From Tsukamurella strandjordii (GTDB lineage Bacteria > Actinomycetota > Actinomycetes > Mycobacteriales > Mycobacteriaceae): 24,000 bases of DNA. Of the stretch, positions 1-11,975 are shown in pieces (within the stretch, counting starts at the first letter, position 1; every line of letters starts with the position of its first letter). The stretch is taken from assembly GCF_039525985.1 (NCBI RefSeq), contig NZ_BAAAII010000013.1:36574-60573 (forward strand), read 5' to 3'. The notes beneath the pieces were generated by a model. The model worked only from the letters and a program-made list of their open reading frames with translations, did not search any database and had not been told where the DNA came from. The position numbers were made by a program, and so were the translations under genes.

Positions 1-276
1 GATGCCGGGATCGGTGCTCTCCCAGGTGCCGTCGGCGCGTTGCAGCAGCAGCGGGCCGGGATCGCCGCCGATCACCTCGGGGAGGAGCCGCCCGTCGCCG
101 GGCACCGCATCCGGGTAGCCGACCAGCCCCAGCCAGGGCGCACCGTCGGGCAGGCGACCGGGCCGCAGCTGCGGGGCCGGGGCGATCACCGCGCGGTAGC
201 CGCCCCAGGAACCCAGCAGCGCCGCGGGACGCAGGCCGCGATCACGCAACGTCCGCAGCAGCTCGACCGGATGCAC
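1..276 (-). CDS. 5' part of a CDS that runs off the left edge; N-terminus tentatively PabB-like (aminodeoxychorismate synthase component I)
   Basis: Hand translation of the minus strand gives (V/M)HPVELLRTLRDRGLRPAALLGSWGGYRAVIAPAPQLRPGRLPDGAPWLGLVGYPDAVPGDG... with high GC3. GTG at 276-274 is the first plausible start. It is absent from the ORF track because no stop lies in the window. The family call rests only on my memory of mycobacterial PabB N-termini and of pabB lying near metS. Confidence 0.3.
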   Translation of the reverse strand, partial: MHPVELLRTLRDRGLRPAALLGSWGGYRAVIAPAPQLRPGRLPDGAPWLGLVGYPDAVPGDGRLLPEVIGGDPGPLLLQRADGTWESTDPGI

Positions 277-397
277 CGCGCCATCGTGCCACGTGCACTC
301 AGGGCGGATATGGGTGGTTATCCGGATGCGCCGGCACCCCGTTTCACGACAGGGTGTGAGACGAACTTCGAATCGACCGACATGGCAGAGGGTGGAG

Positions 398-676
398 ATG
401 AATCGCGTGATCGACGGCGGCGCCGCACTGGGCGGCCGGCTGACCTGGGTGCACGTGGCGCACAGCGGTGCCCGCAGCCAGGTGCGGTTCTACGTCGACG
501 GTGCGTACGCCGGCACCGCCGCCGCGGAACCCACGCCCGAGACCACCGTGATCGGGGTGGACCACGACGTGGTCTACATCCAGTACGGCGGCGACATCGC
601 CCGTTTCCGGCGCACCGCCGACGATGCGGTCGAGGCCCTCGACGCGGTCCCCGTCGCGGGCGTGCTCTCGGCCTGA
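398..676 (+). CDS. Small hypothetical protein (92 aa) resembling only the C-terminal half of a LamG/concanavalin-like domain
   Basis: Lies in ORF 293..676. GC3 is very high from ATG 398 onward but low in 293-397, so I place the start at 398, with GGTGGAG just upstream. The motifs LTWVHVA...RFYVDG...IG...GDIARFR are LamG-like. Confidence 0.45.
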   Translation: MNRVIDGGAALGGRLTWVHVAHSGARSQVRFYVDGAYAGTAAAEPTPETTVIGVDHDVVYIQYGGDIARFRRTADDAVEALDAVPVAGVLSA

Positions 677-742
677 GCATCGTCGAATCGCGGTGGGTCC
701 AGCGCAAACGGCCTTGCGCGCCCCCGATAAGCTGGGCCCATC

Positions 743-2293
743 ATGGCTGCAGACAAGGCTTTCTACGTCACCACGGCGATCGCGTATCCGAACGGCGTGC
801 CCCACATCGGGCACGCCTACGAGTACATCGCCACCGACACGATCGCGCGCTTCAAGCGCCTCGACGGTTTCGACGTCTTCTTCCTGACGGGAACCGACGA
901 GCACGGCCTCAAGATGCAGCAGGCCGCCGCCAAGGAGGGCATCGAGACCAAGGCCCTCGCCGACCGCAACGCCGCCGCCTTCGAGGCGCTGCAGCGCGCC
1001 GTTGGCTCGACCTTCGACCGGTTCATCCGCACCACGGACACCGATCACTACACCGCCTCGCAGGACATCTGGGAGAAGCTCGCCGCGAACGGCGACATCT
1101 ACCTCGACACCTTCGCCGGCTGGTACTCGGTGCGCGACGAGGCCTACTACGCCGAGGACGAGACCACCCTGCTCGAGGACGGCACCCGCGCCGCCATCTC
1201 CACCGGCACCCCCGTGGAGTGGACCGAGGAGGCCTCGTACTTCTTCCGGCTCTCGGCCTACGAGGACAAGCTGCTGAAGCTGTTCGAGGAGCGGCCCGGC
1301 TACCTGGAGCCCGCCACCCGGCGCAACGAGATCGTCAGCTTCATCAAGGGCGGCCTCAAGGACCTGTCGATCAGCCGCACCACCTTCGACTGGGGCGTGC
1401 CCGTGCCCGGCGACCCGCAGCACGTGATGTACGTCTGGGTGGACGCCCTCACCAACTACCTCACCGGCGCCGGCTACCCGGATGTCGATTCCGAGCAGTT
1501 CCAGCGGTACTGGCCGCCGAACCTGCAGATGATCGGCAAGGACATCATCCGGTTCCACGCCGTGTACTGGCCGGCCTTCCTGATGAGCGCCGGGATCGAG
1601 CTGCCCGAGCGGGTCTTCGCGCACGGCTTCCTGTTCAACAAGGGCGAGAAGATGAGCAAGTCGGTCGGCAACGTGGTCGACCCGTACCAGCTGATCGCCG
1701 CCTACGGCCTCGACGCGGTGCGCTTCTTCCTGCTCCGCGAGGTGAGCTTCGGCCAGGACGGCAGCTACAGCCACGAGGCCATCGTCGGCCGGATCAACGC
1801 CGACCTGGCGAACGAGCTCGGCAACCTGGCGCAGCGGTCGCTGTCGATGATCAACAAGAACTGCGCGGGCACGGTGCCCACCCCCGGCGAGTTCACCGCC
1901 GAGGACACCGCGCTGCTGGCCCAGGCCGACGCACTGCTCGCGACGGTCCGCGGACACGTCGACAACCAGGCGCTGCACCTGTACCTGGAGTCGATCTGGG
2001 CGGTGCTCGCCGAGACCAACCGCTACTTCTCGGCGCAGGAGCCGTGGAAGCTCAAGGCCACGGACCCCGCGCGGATGGGCACGGTGCTCTACGTGACCGC
2101 CGAGGTGGTCCGCCAGGTCGCGCTGCTGCTGCAGCCGGTGATGCCGGAATCCTCCGAGGAGTTGCTCACCCTGCTGGAGCAGCCGCGCGACGAGCGGACC
2201 TTCGCGGCCGTCGGCACCCGGCTCAAGGCCGGGACCGCCCTGCCGAAGCCGCAGGGCGTCTTCCCGCGCTACGTGGAGCCGGACGCCGAGTAA
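743..2293 (+). CDS. metG: Methionyl-tRNA synthetase
   Basis: 516 aa. Class I aaRS HIGH motif (PHIGHAYE) and KMSKS motif (EKMSKSVGN). Full-length MetRS-like sequence without a C-terminal dimerisation extension. Confidence 0.96.
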   Translation: MAADKAFYVTTAIAYPNGVPHIGHAYEYIATDTIARFKRLDGFDVFFLTGTDEHGLKMQQAAAKEGIETKALADRNAAAFEALQRAVGSTFDRFIRTTDTDHYTASQDIWEKLAANGDIYLDTFAGWYSVRDEAYYAEDETTLLEDGTRAAISTGTPVEWTEEASYFFRLSAYEDKLLKLFEERPGYLEPATRRNEIVSFIKGGLKDLSISRTTFDWGVPVPGDPQHVMYVWVDALTNYLTGAGYPDVDSEQFQRYWPPNLQMIGKDIIRFHAVYWPAFLMSAGIELPERVFAHGFLFNKGEKMSKSVGNVVDPYQLIAAYGLDAVRFFLLREVSFGQDGSYSHEAIVGRINADLANELGNLAQRSLSMINKNCAGTVPTPGEFTAEDTALLAQADALLATVRGHVDNQALHLYLESIWAVLAETNRYFSAQEPWKLKATDPARMGTVLYVTAEVVRQVALLLQPVMPESSEELLTLLEQPRDERTFAAVGTRLKAGTALPKPQGVFPRYVEPDAE

Positions 2294-2296
2294 CGA

Positions 2297-3451
2297 CTAC
2301 TTCGTCGTCGCCAGGACGGAGAACTGGGCCGAGGCCTTCTGCTTCGCCACGGCCTCGTTGGCGTCGCTGACCGTGGACACGTAGCGACCCACCGGCACGA
2401 AGCACCAGAAGACCTTGGTCGTGGGCTGGTTCGTGCAGGTCACCGAGGGCAGCGCCGGGATGCCCGCGATCGGCTGGTCCCGCGCCGCGAGGGCCTTGAC
2501 GAAATCGGTGGCGGCCTTCTCGCTCCGGGTGCGGTACACCACGTTGCTGGCCTGGCCCACGAGATCGACGCCGGCGTCCTTGTACGTGGCGGCCTTGCTG
2601 ATGTCGGGAATCCGGTGCAGCAGCCCGTTCAGGTCGTAGTAGCCGATGCGCAGCTCCGGGTTCGGTTCGGTGCCGCTCAGGGGCAGTGTCCGGCTGAGGA
2701 TGCCGTCCTCGTCCGAGGGCAGCGAGGGCACCTGCGACGACGGTGTGGGCTTGAATCCCTTCACCTTCGGCAGCTCGAGCTGGAAGGCCTTGTTGACGAA
2801 GGTCGCGCCCTCGTCGGTGGTCGGGCCGGTGCCGCTCACGTTGATCACGAAGGCGCCCTCGGCGAGGTAGCTGTCGACGGTGCCGGGCTTGAACTCGCTG
2901 GCCAGCACGTTCGGGGTGCTCGTGATCGGCACCTGCCGCTGCGCGGTGGTGGCGCGGCGGATCGCCTCGACGGCCTTGGTCGCGTCCTGCGGGGTGTCGA
3001 AGCGGTACAGGCCGATCCGGACGGCGACCGACGGTGCCTCCAGCTTGTCGCCGCGCGTGGTGGTCATGCCGACGCGCATGTTGTTGGAGGAGAAGGCCTT
3101 GTAGGTCGCGTCCGGCACGCGCTCGCTGAGCTGGGTGCCGCGCAGCACGGGGAACGAGCGCAGCCCGGCGCCGCCGATGATCAGGCGCGGGTCCACCTCG
3201 TTGGCCTGGATCAGCGCCTCGTCGCCCATCCGGTTGCCCTCGACCACCCAGGCGGTGTCGGTGGACGCGGGCGGCTGCGGCTTGGCGGTGGTGGGGTAGG
3301 TGCCCGTGTCGAGCCCGGCGGGCACCTTCACGGTCGCGGCGGCCGACGATGCGCTGGGCGCGGTGGTGGGCTGGCCGCTCACGGTGGTGCCGCATGCGGC
3401 GAGCAGAGCGGCGGTGCTCACGACCAGCACCGGCAGGACGGACTTCTTCAT
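2297..3451 (-). CDS. Secreted lipoprotein of unknown function (paralogue A)
   Basis: 384 aa. N-terminus MKKSVLPVLVVSTAALLAAC G has a lipobox (LAAC). GAGGAG Shine-Dalgarno lies upstream. Roughly 60-65% identical by eye to the neighbouring ORF. Conserved C-terminal Cys pair (SVTC...WC). Confidence 0.85.
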   Translation of the reverse strand: MKKSVLPVLVVSTAALLAACGTTVSGQPTTAPSASSAAATVKVPAGLDTGTYPTTAKPQPPASTDTAWVVEGNRMGDEALIQANEVDPRLIIGGAGLRSFPVLRGTQLSERVPDATYKAFSSNNMRVGMTTTRGDKLEAPSVAVRIGLYRFDTPQDATKAVEAIRRATTAQRQVPITSTPNVLASEFKPGTVDSYLAEGAFVINVSGTGPTTDEGATFVNKAFQLELPKVKGFKPTPSSQVPSLPSDEDGILSRTLPLSGTEPNPELRIGYYDLNGLLHRIPDISKAATYKDAGVDLVGQASNVVYRTRSEKAATDFVKALAARDQPIAGIPALPSVTCTNQPTTKVFWCFVPVGRYVSTVSDANEAVAKQKASAQFSVLATTK

Positions 3452-3502
3452 CTGATTGCTCCTCGAATCGGTGGCGCCGCGTCGGCCGTTGTGGATGGCG
3501 CG

Positions 3503-3530
3503 GGCGCTTGGTACCGGATTAAACAGGGTC
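3503..3530 (-). promoter_or_regulatory. Conserved promoter-like block upstream of lipoprotein A (minus strand GACCCTGTTTAATCCGGTACCAAGCGCC)
   Basis: Contains TG..TTTAAT, which is -10-like, about 65 nt upstream of ATG 3451. The same block sits at the same distance upstream of paralogue B. Confidence 0.4.
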
Positions 3531-3545
3531 GTCGGTGTGGAGGTG

Positions 3546-4709
3546 CTACTTCGTGGTCGCGAGCACGGTGAATTGCGCCGCGGCCTTCTGCTTGGCGGTC
3601 GCCTCCGTCCTGTCGCTCACGGTCGACAGGTAGCGGCCGACGGGGACGTAGCACCACGTGTAGTTCGTGGTGCGGTGCGTTCCGCAGGTCACCGAGGGCA
3701 GCTGCGGGATGCCGGAGATCTGCTGGTTCCGCCCGTTCAGCCCCGCGGCGAGCGCGGTCGCCGCGGCGGCGTCCCGGGTCCGGTAGACCACGTTGCCGCG
3801 CTGCCCGACCAGATCGATGCCGGCGTTGCGGTAGTCCGCGTCCTTGCTGATGTCGGCGATGCGGTGGAGCACGCCGTTCAGGCCGTAGTGCCCGACCAGG
3901 AGGAGCGGCGTGGATTCGGTGCCGTCGAGCGGCAGGGTCCGGCTCACGATCGCATCGACATCGGTGGGGAGTGTGGCGACCCGGTCGGTGGCGGTCGGCT
4001 GGAAGGCCTTCAGCTTCGGCAGCTCCGCCTGGTAGGCCTTGGCGACGACTGCGGCGCCCTCGTCGGTGGTGGGACCGGTGCCGCTGATGTTGATGACGAA
4101 CGGTCCCTCGGTCCGGTACGTGTCCACAGTGCCCGGCTTGAACTCGCCGGCGAGCACGTTGTCGGTGCCGGTGATCGCGATCCGGGGCTGCGCGGTGGTG
4201 GCGCGCCGGACGTCCTCGAGTGCCTTGAGCGCGGTCTGCGGATCGTCGAACCGGTACAGGCCGATGCGGACGGCGACCGTCGGGGAGTCGAGCTTGTCGC
4301 CACGCGTGGTGGTCATGCCGACGCGCATCGAGTTCGCCGCGAAGGCGGTCGCGGTGGCGTCGGGCACCCGCTCCACGAGGTCGTTGCCGCTCAGCACGGG
4401 GTAGGAGCGCATGATCGCGCCGCCCATGATGAGGCGCGGATCCACCTCGTTGACCTGGATCAGCGCGTCGTCGCCCATGCGATTGCCCTCGACCACCCAG
4501 GCGGCCTCGGCCGTGGGCGCCGGAAGCGGTTGTGCGGTGATGGGGAAGGTGCCCGTGTCCAGACCGGCGGGGACGATGACGGGCGCCTCGGAGGTCGAGG
4601 TGCCGGTCGAGCTCGGCGCGGTGGTGGGCTGGCCGGTCACAGTGGTGCCGCAGGCGGCCAGCAGGGCCGCGCTCGCCACGATCAGCGACGGCAGGATGGA
4701 CCTCTTCAT
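3546..4709 (-). CDS. Secreted lipoprotein of unknown function (paralogue B)
   Basis: 387 aa. MKRSILPSLIVASAALLAAC G lipobox. GAGGAG Shine-Dalgarno. Collinear similarity with 2297..3451 along the whole length. Confidence 0.85.
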   Translation of the reverse strand: MKRSILPSLIVASAALLAACGTTVTGQPTTAPSSTGTSTSEAPVIVPAGLDTGTFPITAQPLPAPTAEAAWVVEGNRMGDDALIQVNEVDPRLIMGGAIMRSYPVLSGNDLVERVPDATATAFAANSMRVGMTTTRGDKLDSPTVAVRIGLYRFDDPQTALKALEDVRRATTAQPRIAITGTDNVLAGEFKPGTVDTYRTEGPFVINISGTGPTTDEGAAVVAKAYQAELPKLKAFQPTATDRVATLPTDVDAIVSRTLPLDGTESTPLLLVGHYGLNGVLHRIADISKDADYRNAGIDLVGQRGNVVYRTRDAAAATALAAGLNGRNQQISGIPQLPSVTCGTHRTTNYTWCYVPVGRYLSTVSDRTEATAKQKAAAQFTVLATTK

Positions 4710-4761
4710 GTGACTTGCTCCTCGGTTCGGTTGCGCCGAGTCGACCAGGTGCTGCTTCGAC

Positions 4762-4789
4762 GGCGCTTAAGGCCGGATTAAACATGGTC
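4762..4789 (-). promoter_or_regulatory. Conserved promoter-like block upstream of lipoprotein B (minus strand GACCATGTTTAATCCGGCCTTAAGCGCC)
   Basis: Same motif and spacing as 3503-3530. It lies in the 112-bp divergent region shared with tatD. Confidence 0.4.
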
Positions 4790-4821
4790 CCCGTGCGGGC
4801 CGTGGACGGAGTACGGGAACA

Positions 4822-7234
<2,413 letters not shown>

Positions 7235-7249
7235 GTAGACTCAGCCGTT

Positions 7250-8167
7250 GTGACCGGCGCCGAATTCAAGAATCAGGCTCGACTGCTCGGCCCCGCGGAG
7301 ATCCGCGCGCTGGCCGGGCAGTTGTCCGTTCGGCCCACCAAGCAGCTCGGGCAGAACTTCGTCCACGACCCGAACACGGTCCGCAAGATCGTGACGGCCG
7401 CGGGCGTCCGGCCCGACGATGTGGCCCTCGAGGTGGGGCCGGGGCTCGGATCGCTCACCCTGGCGCTGCTCGACGCCGCCGCCTCGGTGACCGCGGTGGA
7501 GATCGATCCCGTTCTGGCGCAGCAGCTTCCGCAGACGGTCGCCGATCGCGCTCCGGATCTGGCGGGCAACCTCACCGTGATCGGCGAGGACGCGCTCAAG
7601 GTGACGGGCGAGCAGGTGGCTTCCGCAGGCGCCCCGACGGTGCTCGTGGCGAACCTCCCGTACAACGTGGCGGTGCCCGTCCTGCTGCACCTGCTCGCCG
7701 AGGTGCCGACGCTGCGCACCGTGCTCGTCATGGTGCAGTTGGAGGTGGCCGATCGGTTGGCCGCCGGACCGGGCTCCCGGGTGTACGGCGTCCCGTCGGT
7801 CAAGGCGGCCTACTACGGTGATGTCCGCAAGGCCGGCACCGTGGGGCGCGCCGTCTTCTGGCCGGAGCCGAACGTGGAGTCGGGGCTGGTGCGGATCGAC
7901 CTGCGCGCGCCCGAGGAGCGGCCCGATGTGCCCCGCGCCGACCTGTGGGCGGCCATCGACGCCGCGTTCGCCCAGCGCAGAAAGACGCTGCGCGCCGCAC
8001 TCGGCGGCTGGGCGGGTTCCCCGGTGCTGGCCGAGGAGGCGCTGGTCGCGGCCGGTATCGATCCGCGGGAGCGGGGCGAGAAGCTCACGGTGGAGCAGTT
8101 CGCCGCGATCGCCCGCGCCAAGGTCGAGCGGCCCGCCGCGGACGCCGATACCGCCCCGGCACCGTAG
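7250..8167 (+). CDS. rsmA: 16S rRNA (adenine1518/1519-N6)-dimethyltransferase
   Basis: 305 aa. QNFVHDPN motif, SAM-binding [10 protein letters not shown], and NLPYNV motif. GTG start 15 nt after the rpfB stop. Confidence 0.93.
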   Translation: MTGAEFKNQARLLGPAEIRALAGQLSVRPTKQLGQNFVHDPNTVRKIVTAAGVRPDDVALEVGPGLGSLTLALLDAAASVTAVEIDPVLAQQLPQTVADRAPDLAGNLTVIGEDALKVTGEQVASAGAPTVLVANLPYNVAVPVLLHLLAEVPTLRTVLVMVQLEVADRLAAGPGSRVYGVPSVKAAYYGDVRKAGTVGRAVFWPEPNVESGLVRIDLRAPEERPDVPRADLWAAIDAAFAQRRKTLRAALGGWAGSPVLAEEALVAAGIDPRERGEKLTVEQFAAIARAKVERPAADADTAPAP

Positions 8168-8177
8168 TCTGGACCGC

Positions 8178-9092
8178 GTGCTTTCCGTGGTTCCCCCGTC
8201 GCTCACCGTGCGCGCACCCGCGAAGGTGAACCTGCACCTCGGCGTCGGCGATGTGCGCCCCGACGGCTATCACGAGTTGCAGACCGTCTTCCAGGCGTTG
8301 TCGCTGCACGACGAGGTCACGCTCAGCCGCGCCGAGGAGCTGTCCCTGCACGTCTCCGGGGAGGGCGCGCAGGACGTGCCCACCGATCCCACCAACCTCG
8401 CCGCGCGGGCCGTGGTGGCGCTCGCGGAGCGGTACGGCCTCGATCCCGCGCTGCGGATCGCCATCGCCAAGGGCATCCCGGTGGCCGGCGGGATGGCCGG
8501 CGGATCCGCGGATGCGGCCGCCGCGCTGCTGGGCGCCGCGACGCTGTGGCACCTGGACCTGTCCCGGCCGGAGCTCGACGAGATCGCCGCGACCCTCGGC
8601 TCCGATGTGCCGTTCTCGCTGCACGGCGGCACCGCGCTCGGTACCGGCCGCGGTGAGCAGTTGATCCCCGCGCTCTCGCGCGGCGAGTTCCACTGGACGC
8701 TGGCGCTGGCCCGCGAGGGGCTGAGCACCCCGGCCGTCTACCGCGAGCTGGACCGGCTGCGCGAGGTGGGCGATCCGCCGCGCGCGGGCAGCCCCGACGA
8801 TCTGCTCGCCGCCGTCGCCTCGGGCGATCCGAATCGCCTTGCGCCGCTGCTCGCCAACGATCTGCAGGCCGCGGCGCTGTCGCTGCAGCCGGGTCTGCGG
8901 CGCACGCTGCGGGCGGGCATGGAGGCGGGCGCCCTGGCGGGCATCGTCTCCGGCAGTGGTCCCACCTGTGCCTTCCTGTGCATCGACGCCGACTCGGCCG
9001 TCGAGGTGGGCTCGGAGCTCGCCGGTGCGGGCGTGTGTCGGACGGTGCGCGTGGCCTCCGGCCCGGTGGCCGGCGCCGAGGTGCTCCGCTAG
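8178..9092 (+). CDS. ispE: 4-diphosphocytidyl-2-C-methyl-D-erythritol kinase
   Basis: [13 protein letters not shown]-terminal motif and GHMP-kinase motif [18 protein letters not shown] 8178 is in frame, 10 nt after the ksgA stop. The 5' part of track ORF 7818..9092 overlaps ksgA and is rejected. Confidence 0.9.
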   Translation: MLSVVPPSLTVRAPAKVNLHLGVGDVRPDGYHELQTVFQALSLHDEVTLSRAEELSLHVSGEGAQDVPTDPTNLAARAVVALAERYGLDPALRIAIAKGIPVAGGMAGGSADAAAALLGAATLWHLDLSRPELDEIAATLGSDVPFSLHGGTALGTGRGEQLIPALSRGEFHWTLALAREGLSTPAVYRELDRLREVGDPPRAGSPDDLLAAVASGDPNRLAPLLANDLQAAALSLQPGLRRTLRAGMEAGALAGIVSGSGPTCAFLCIDADSAVEVGSELAGAGVCRTVRVASGPVAGAEVLR

Positions 9093-9112
9093 ATCAGCCT
9101 CCGCTGGACCGG

Positions 9113-10906
9113 CTAGGAGTCGAGCGCCTCGGTGAGCTCGAACCAGCGGGTCTCCTGATCGGCGAGCTCGTCTTCCAGTGCGGAGATCTTCTTCATCTCG
9201 TCGGCGAGGCCGGCGTAATCGCCCTGATCGTGGTCGGCGAGCGCGATCTTGGCCTTGTCGATCTGCTCGGTGAGCTTGGCCATCCGCCGCTCGACGGCGG
9301 TGACCTCCTTCTGAGCGGCCCGCAGTTCGGCGCCGCTGAGCCCGGGCGTGGACGCCGCGGGTGCGGCGGCCGCGGCCGCGGTGGTGTTCTGCTGGGCGCG
9401 GCGCAGCGCGAGGTACTCGTCCACGCCGCCCGGCAGGTGCCGCAGGCGGCGGTCGAGGATGGCGTACTGCTGGTCGGTGACGCGTTCGAGGAAGTACCGG
9501 TCGTGGCTCACCACGATCAGCGTGCCGGGCCAGGAATCGAGGAGGTCCTCCATCGCGGCCAGCATGTCGGTGTCGAGGTCGTTGGTGGGCTCGTCGAGGA
9601 TCAGCACGTTCGGCTGATCCAGCAGGATGAGCAGCAGCTGCAGCCGCCGCTTCTGGCCGCCGGAGAGGTCCTTGACCGGGGTCGAGAGCTGCTCGGAGGC
9701 GAAGCCGAGGCGCTCCAGCAACTGCGAGGGCGTGAGGTCCTGCGCCTTGGAGCCGCTGCCCACGGTGAAGCTCACGGCCAGATCGGCGAGCACCACGCGG
9801 ACCGGATCGTCCTGGTGCTCCTCCAGCTCGTCGAGCCGCTGGGTGAGCGTGACCACCTTGACGGTCTTGCCGCGCTTGACCGTGCCGGAGGTGGGGGAGA
9901 CGGCACCGTCGACCAGCCCGAGGAGGGTCGACTTGCCGGCGCCGTTCACGCCGAGGATGCCGGTGCGCTCGCCGGGCGCGATGCGCCATTCGATGTCGCT
10001 GAGCACCTGCTTGTCGCCGTAGCTGACGGAGACGTCGAGGATGTCGACCACGTCCTTGCCGAGCCGGGACACCGCGAGCGAGGCCAGCTCGGTCTTGTTG
10101 CGGATCTCGGGGACGTCGGAGATCAGCGCGTTCGCCGCGTCGATCCGGAACTTCGGCTTGCTGGTGCGCGCGGGGGCGCCGCGGCGCAGCCAGGCGAGCT
10201 CCTTGCGGGCCAGGTTCTGCCGCTTCTGCTCGATGGTCGCGGCCTGCCGGTCGCGTTCCACGCGCTGCAGGATGTACGCGGCGTAGCCGCCCTCGAAGGG
10301 CTCGACGATGCGGTCGTGCACCTCCCAGGTGGCGGTGCACACCTCGTCGAGGATCCACCGGTCGTGGGTCACCATGAGCAGGCCGCCCTGGCCGGCGGGC
10401 CAGCGGGTCTTGAGGTGGCCGGCGAGCCATTCGATCGCCTCGACGTCGAGGTGGTTGGTCGGCTCGTCGAGGGCGAGCACGTCGTGGTCGCCCGCGAGCA
10501 GCTGGGCGAGCTGTACGCGCCGCCGCTGGCCGCCGGAGAGGGAGCCGAGGGTCGCGTCCCAGGGCAGGTCGGCGAGGAGCCCGGCGATGATGTCGCGCAC
10601 CTTGGGGTTGCCCGCCCACTCGTGTTCGGGCGTCTCGCCCACCACGGAATGCCCGACGGTGTCGGTGTCGTCGAACAGGTCGGTCTGGGTGAGCACGCCC
10701 ACGCGGACGCCGCCGCGCCGGGTGACGCGGCCCGAGTCGGGTTCGCGGGTGCCGGCCAGCATGCCGAGCAGGCTGGACTTGCCGTCGCCGTTGCGGCCGA
10801 CGATGCCGATCCGGTCTCCCTCGTTCACACCGAGGGAGACGGAATCGAAGACCACTTTGGTCGGGTACTCGAGGTGGAGCGCATCCGCGCCCAGAAGATT
10901 CGCCAT
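9113..10906 (-). CDS. ABC-F family ATPase, Uup-like (two ABC domains, no TMD, C-terminal coiled coil)
   Basis: 597 aa. Walker A GRNGDGKS and GVNGAGKS. Signatures LSGGQRRRVQLA and LSGGQKRRLQLL. Linker WLRRGAPARTSKPKFRI is Uup-like. Charged helical C-terminus. Confidence 0.92.
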   Translation of the reverse strand: MANLLGADALHLEYPTKVVFDSVSLGVNEGDRIGIVGRNGDGKSSLLGMLAGTREPDSGRVTRRGGVRVGVLTQTDLFDDTDTVGHSVVGETPEHEWAGNPKVRDIIAGLLADLPWDATLGSLSGGQRRRVQLAQLLAGDHDVLALDEPTNHLDVEAIEWLAGHLKTRWPAGQGGLLMVTHDRWILDEVCTATWEVHDRIVEPFEGGYAAYILQRVERDRQAATIEQKRQNLARKELAWLRRGAPARTSKPKFRIDAANALISDVPEIRNKTELASLAVSRLGKDVVDILDVSVSYGDKQVLSDIEWRIAPGERTGILGVNGAGKSTLLGLVDGAVSPTSGTVKRGKTVKVVTLTQRLDELEEHQDDPVRVVLADLAVSFTVGSGSKAQDLTPSQLLERLGFASEQLSTPVKDLSGGQKRRLQLLLILLDQPNVLILDEPTNDLDTDMLAAMEDLLDSWPGTLIVVSHDRYFLERVTDQQYAILDRRLRHLPGGVDEYLALRRAQQNTTAAAAAAPAASTPGLSGAELRAAQKEVTAVERRMAKLTEQIDKAKIALADHDQGDYAGLADEMKKISALEDELADQETRWFELTEALDS

Positions 10907-10979
10907 CGCGGTTCCAGATTACGCGGGCGCCTGTCAGACTGAACTAGTTGGATATGCGACTAATTCTGAGAGGCGTGCA

Positions 10980-11975
10980 GTGACCGACATCGTCACCTCC
11001 GTGTCCGGGGGCACCGGGCACATCGAACTGAACCGGCCGAAGGCGCTCAACGCGCTCACCATGGACATGGTGCACGCGATCGATGCGGCCCTGCAGGCCT
11101 GGGAGTCCGACGATGCGGTGACCCGCGTCCTGCTGACCTCCGCCTCGCCGAAGGCCTACTGCGCGGGCGGCGATATCCGGGCCATCCGCGATCAGGTGGT
11201 GGCGGGGGAGGACTTCACCCCGTTCTTCCGCGACGAGTACGAGATGAATCTGCGGCTCGCGGAATTCCCCAAGCCGGTGATCGCGCTGATCGACGGTGTG
11301 AACATGGGTGGCGGCGTGGGTGTTTCGATCCACGGATCGCACCGCGTGGTCTCCGAGAAGGCACTCATCGCGATGCCCGAGGTGGCGATCGGCTTCCTTC
11401 CCGATGTGGGCGCCACCTACATCCTCGGCCGCCTGCCGGAGGGCGTCGGCGAGCTGATGGGCATGACCGCCGCCCGGATCGGCGCGGGCGATGCACTGGC
11501 CGTCGGGCTCGCCACCCACTTCGTGCCGTCCGAGAACATGGGCGAGCTCAAGGACACGCTGCTGGAGGGCGGCGACCTCGACGAGTCGCTCGCCCGGTTC
11601 GGCGGTACCGCCCCGGCGGCCTCGCTGCCGCTCGATCAGGTGGCCGCGGTGTTCGGGCTCGGTTCGGCGCCGGAGATCCTCGCGGCCGTCGGGCAGGCCG
11701 ACGGTGACTGGGCCGCGACCGCCCGCGAGCAGCTCGCCACGGCGTGCCCCACCTCGGTGTTCGTGACCTTCTCGCTGGTCCGCAAGGCCGCCGAGCGCAC
11801 GCTGCCGCAGTGTCTCGCCGAGGAGGCGGTGGTGGGCGCCAAGCTGATCCGCCGCCCCGATTTCGTGGAGGGCATCCGCGCGGTGCTGGTGGACAAGACG
11901 CGCGATCCGAAGTTCTCCCCGGCCACCTTCGACGAGATCGATCCGCAGGAGATCACCGAGCTCGTCGGCGGCTGA
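10980..11975 (+). CDS. Enoyl-CoA hydratase/isomerase family protein, 3-hydroxyisobutyryl-CoA hydrolase-like (ECH_2)
   Basis: GHIELNRPKALNALT, AYCAGGDIRA, DGVNMGGGVG and AMPEVAIGFLPDVG motifs. GTG 10980 is preceded by GAGAGG. The 5' part of track ORF 10308.. is antisense to the ABC-F gene and is rejected. Confidence 0.85.
   Translation: MTDIVTSVSGGTGHIELNRPKALNALTMDMVHAIDAALQAWESDDAVTRVLLTSASPKAYCAGGDIRAIRDQVVAGEDFTPFFRDEYEMNLRLAEFPKPVIALIDGVNMGGGVGVSIHGSHRVVSEKALIAMPEVAIGFLPDVGATYILGRLPEGVGELMGMTAARIGAGDALAVGLATHFVPSENMGELKDTLLEGGDLDESLARFGGTAPAASLPLDQVAAVFGLGSAPEILAAVGQADGDWAATAREQLATACPTSVFVTFSLVRKAAERTLPQCLAEEAVVGAKLIRRPDFVEGIRAVLVDKTRDPKFSPATFDEIDPQEITELVGG

Larger units (their letters stand above)
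2297..4789 (-). repeat. Diverged tandem duplication (~1.25 kb unit) comprising lipoprotein gene, SD, 5'UTR and promoter-like block
   Basis: Stop-to-stop offset is 1249 nt and start-to-start offset is 1258 nt. The proteins are collinear. The upstream blocks 3503-3530 and 4762-4789 are near-identical. Confidence 0.75.

Noticed and set aside
728-742. Leaderless metG transcript from a TAAGCT -10 box
   Set aside because: The spacing from the box (728-733) to the ATG (743) is 9 nt. That is longer than the 6-7 nt expected for a leaderless start, so it is too weak to call.
40-2370. 776-aa plus-strand ORF, and the 544-aa minus-strand ORF 344..1978
   Set aside because: Both overlap metG out of frame or antisense. 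Their translations are Arg/Pro/Gly/Ala-rich low-complexity sequence typical of shadow ORFs in high-GC DNA. The metG frame carries the HIGH and KMSKS motifs.
7818-8177. Upstream extension of the ispE ORF (424-aa version)
   Set aside because: It overlaps ksgA out of frame. IspE homology starts at [21 protein letters not shown] (GTG 8178).
8085-10619. 844-aa minus-strand ORF, and the 654-aa plus-strand ORF 8978..10942
   Set aside because: These are shadow frames of ispE and the ABC-F gene. The frame 9113..10906 carries the Walker A/B motifs and ABC signatures.
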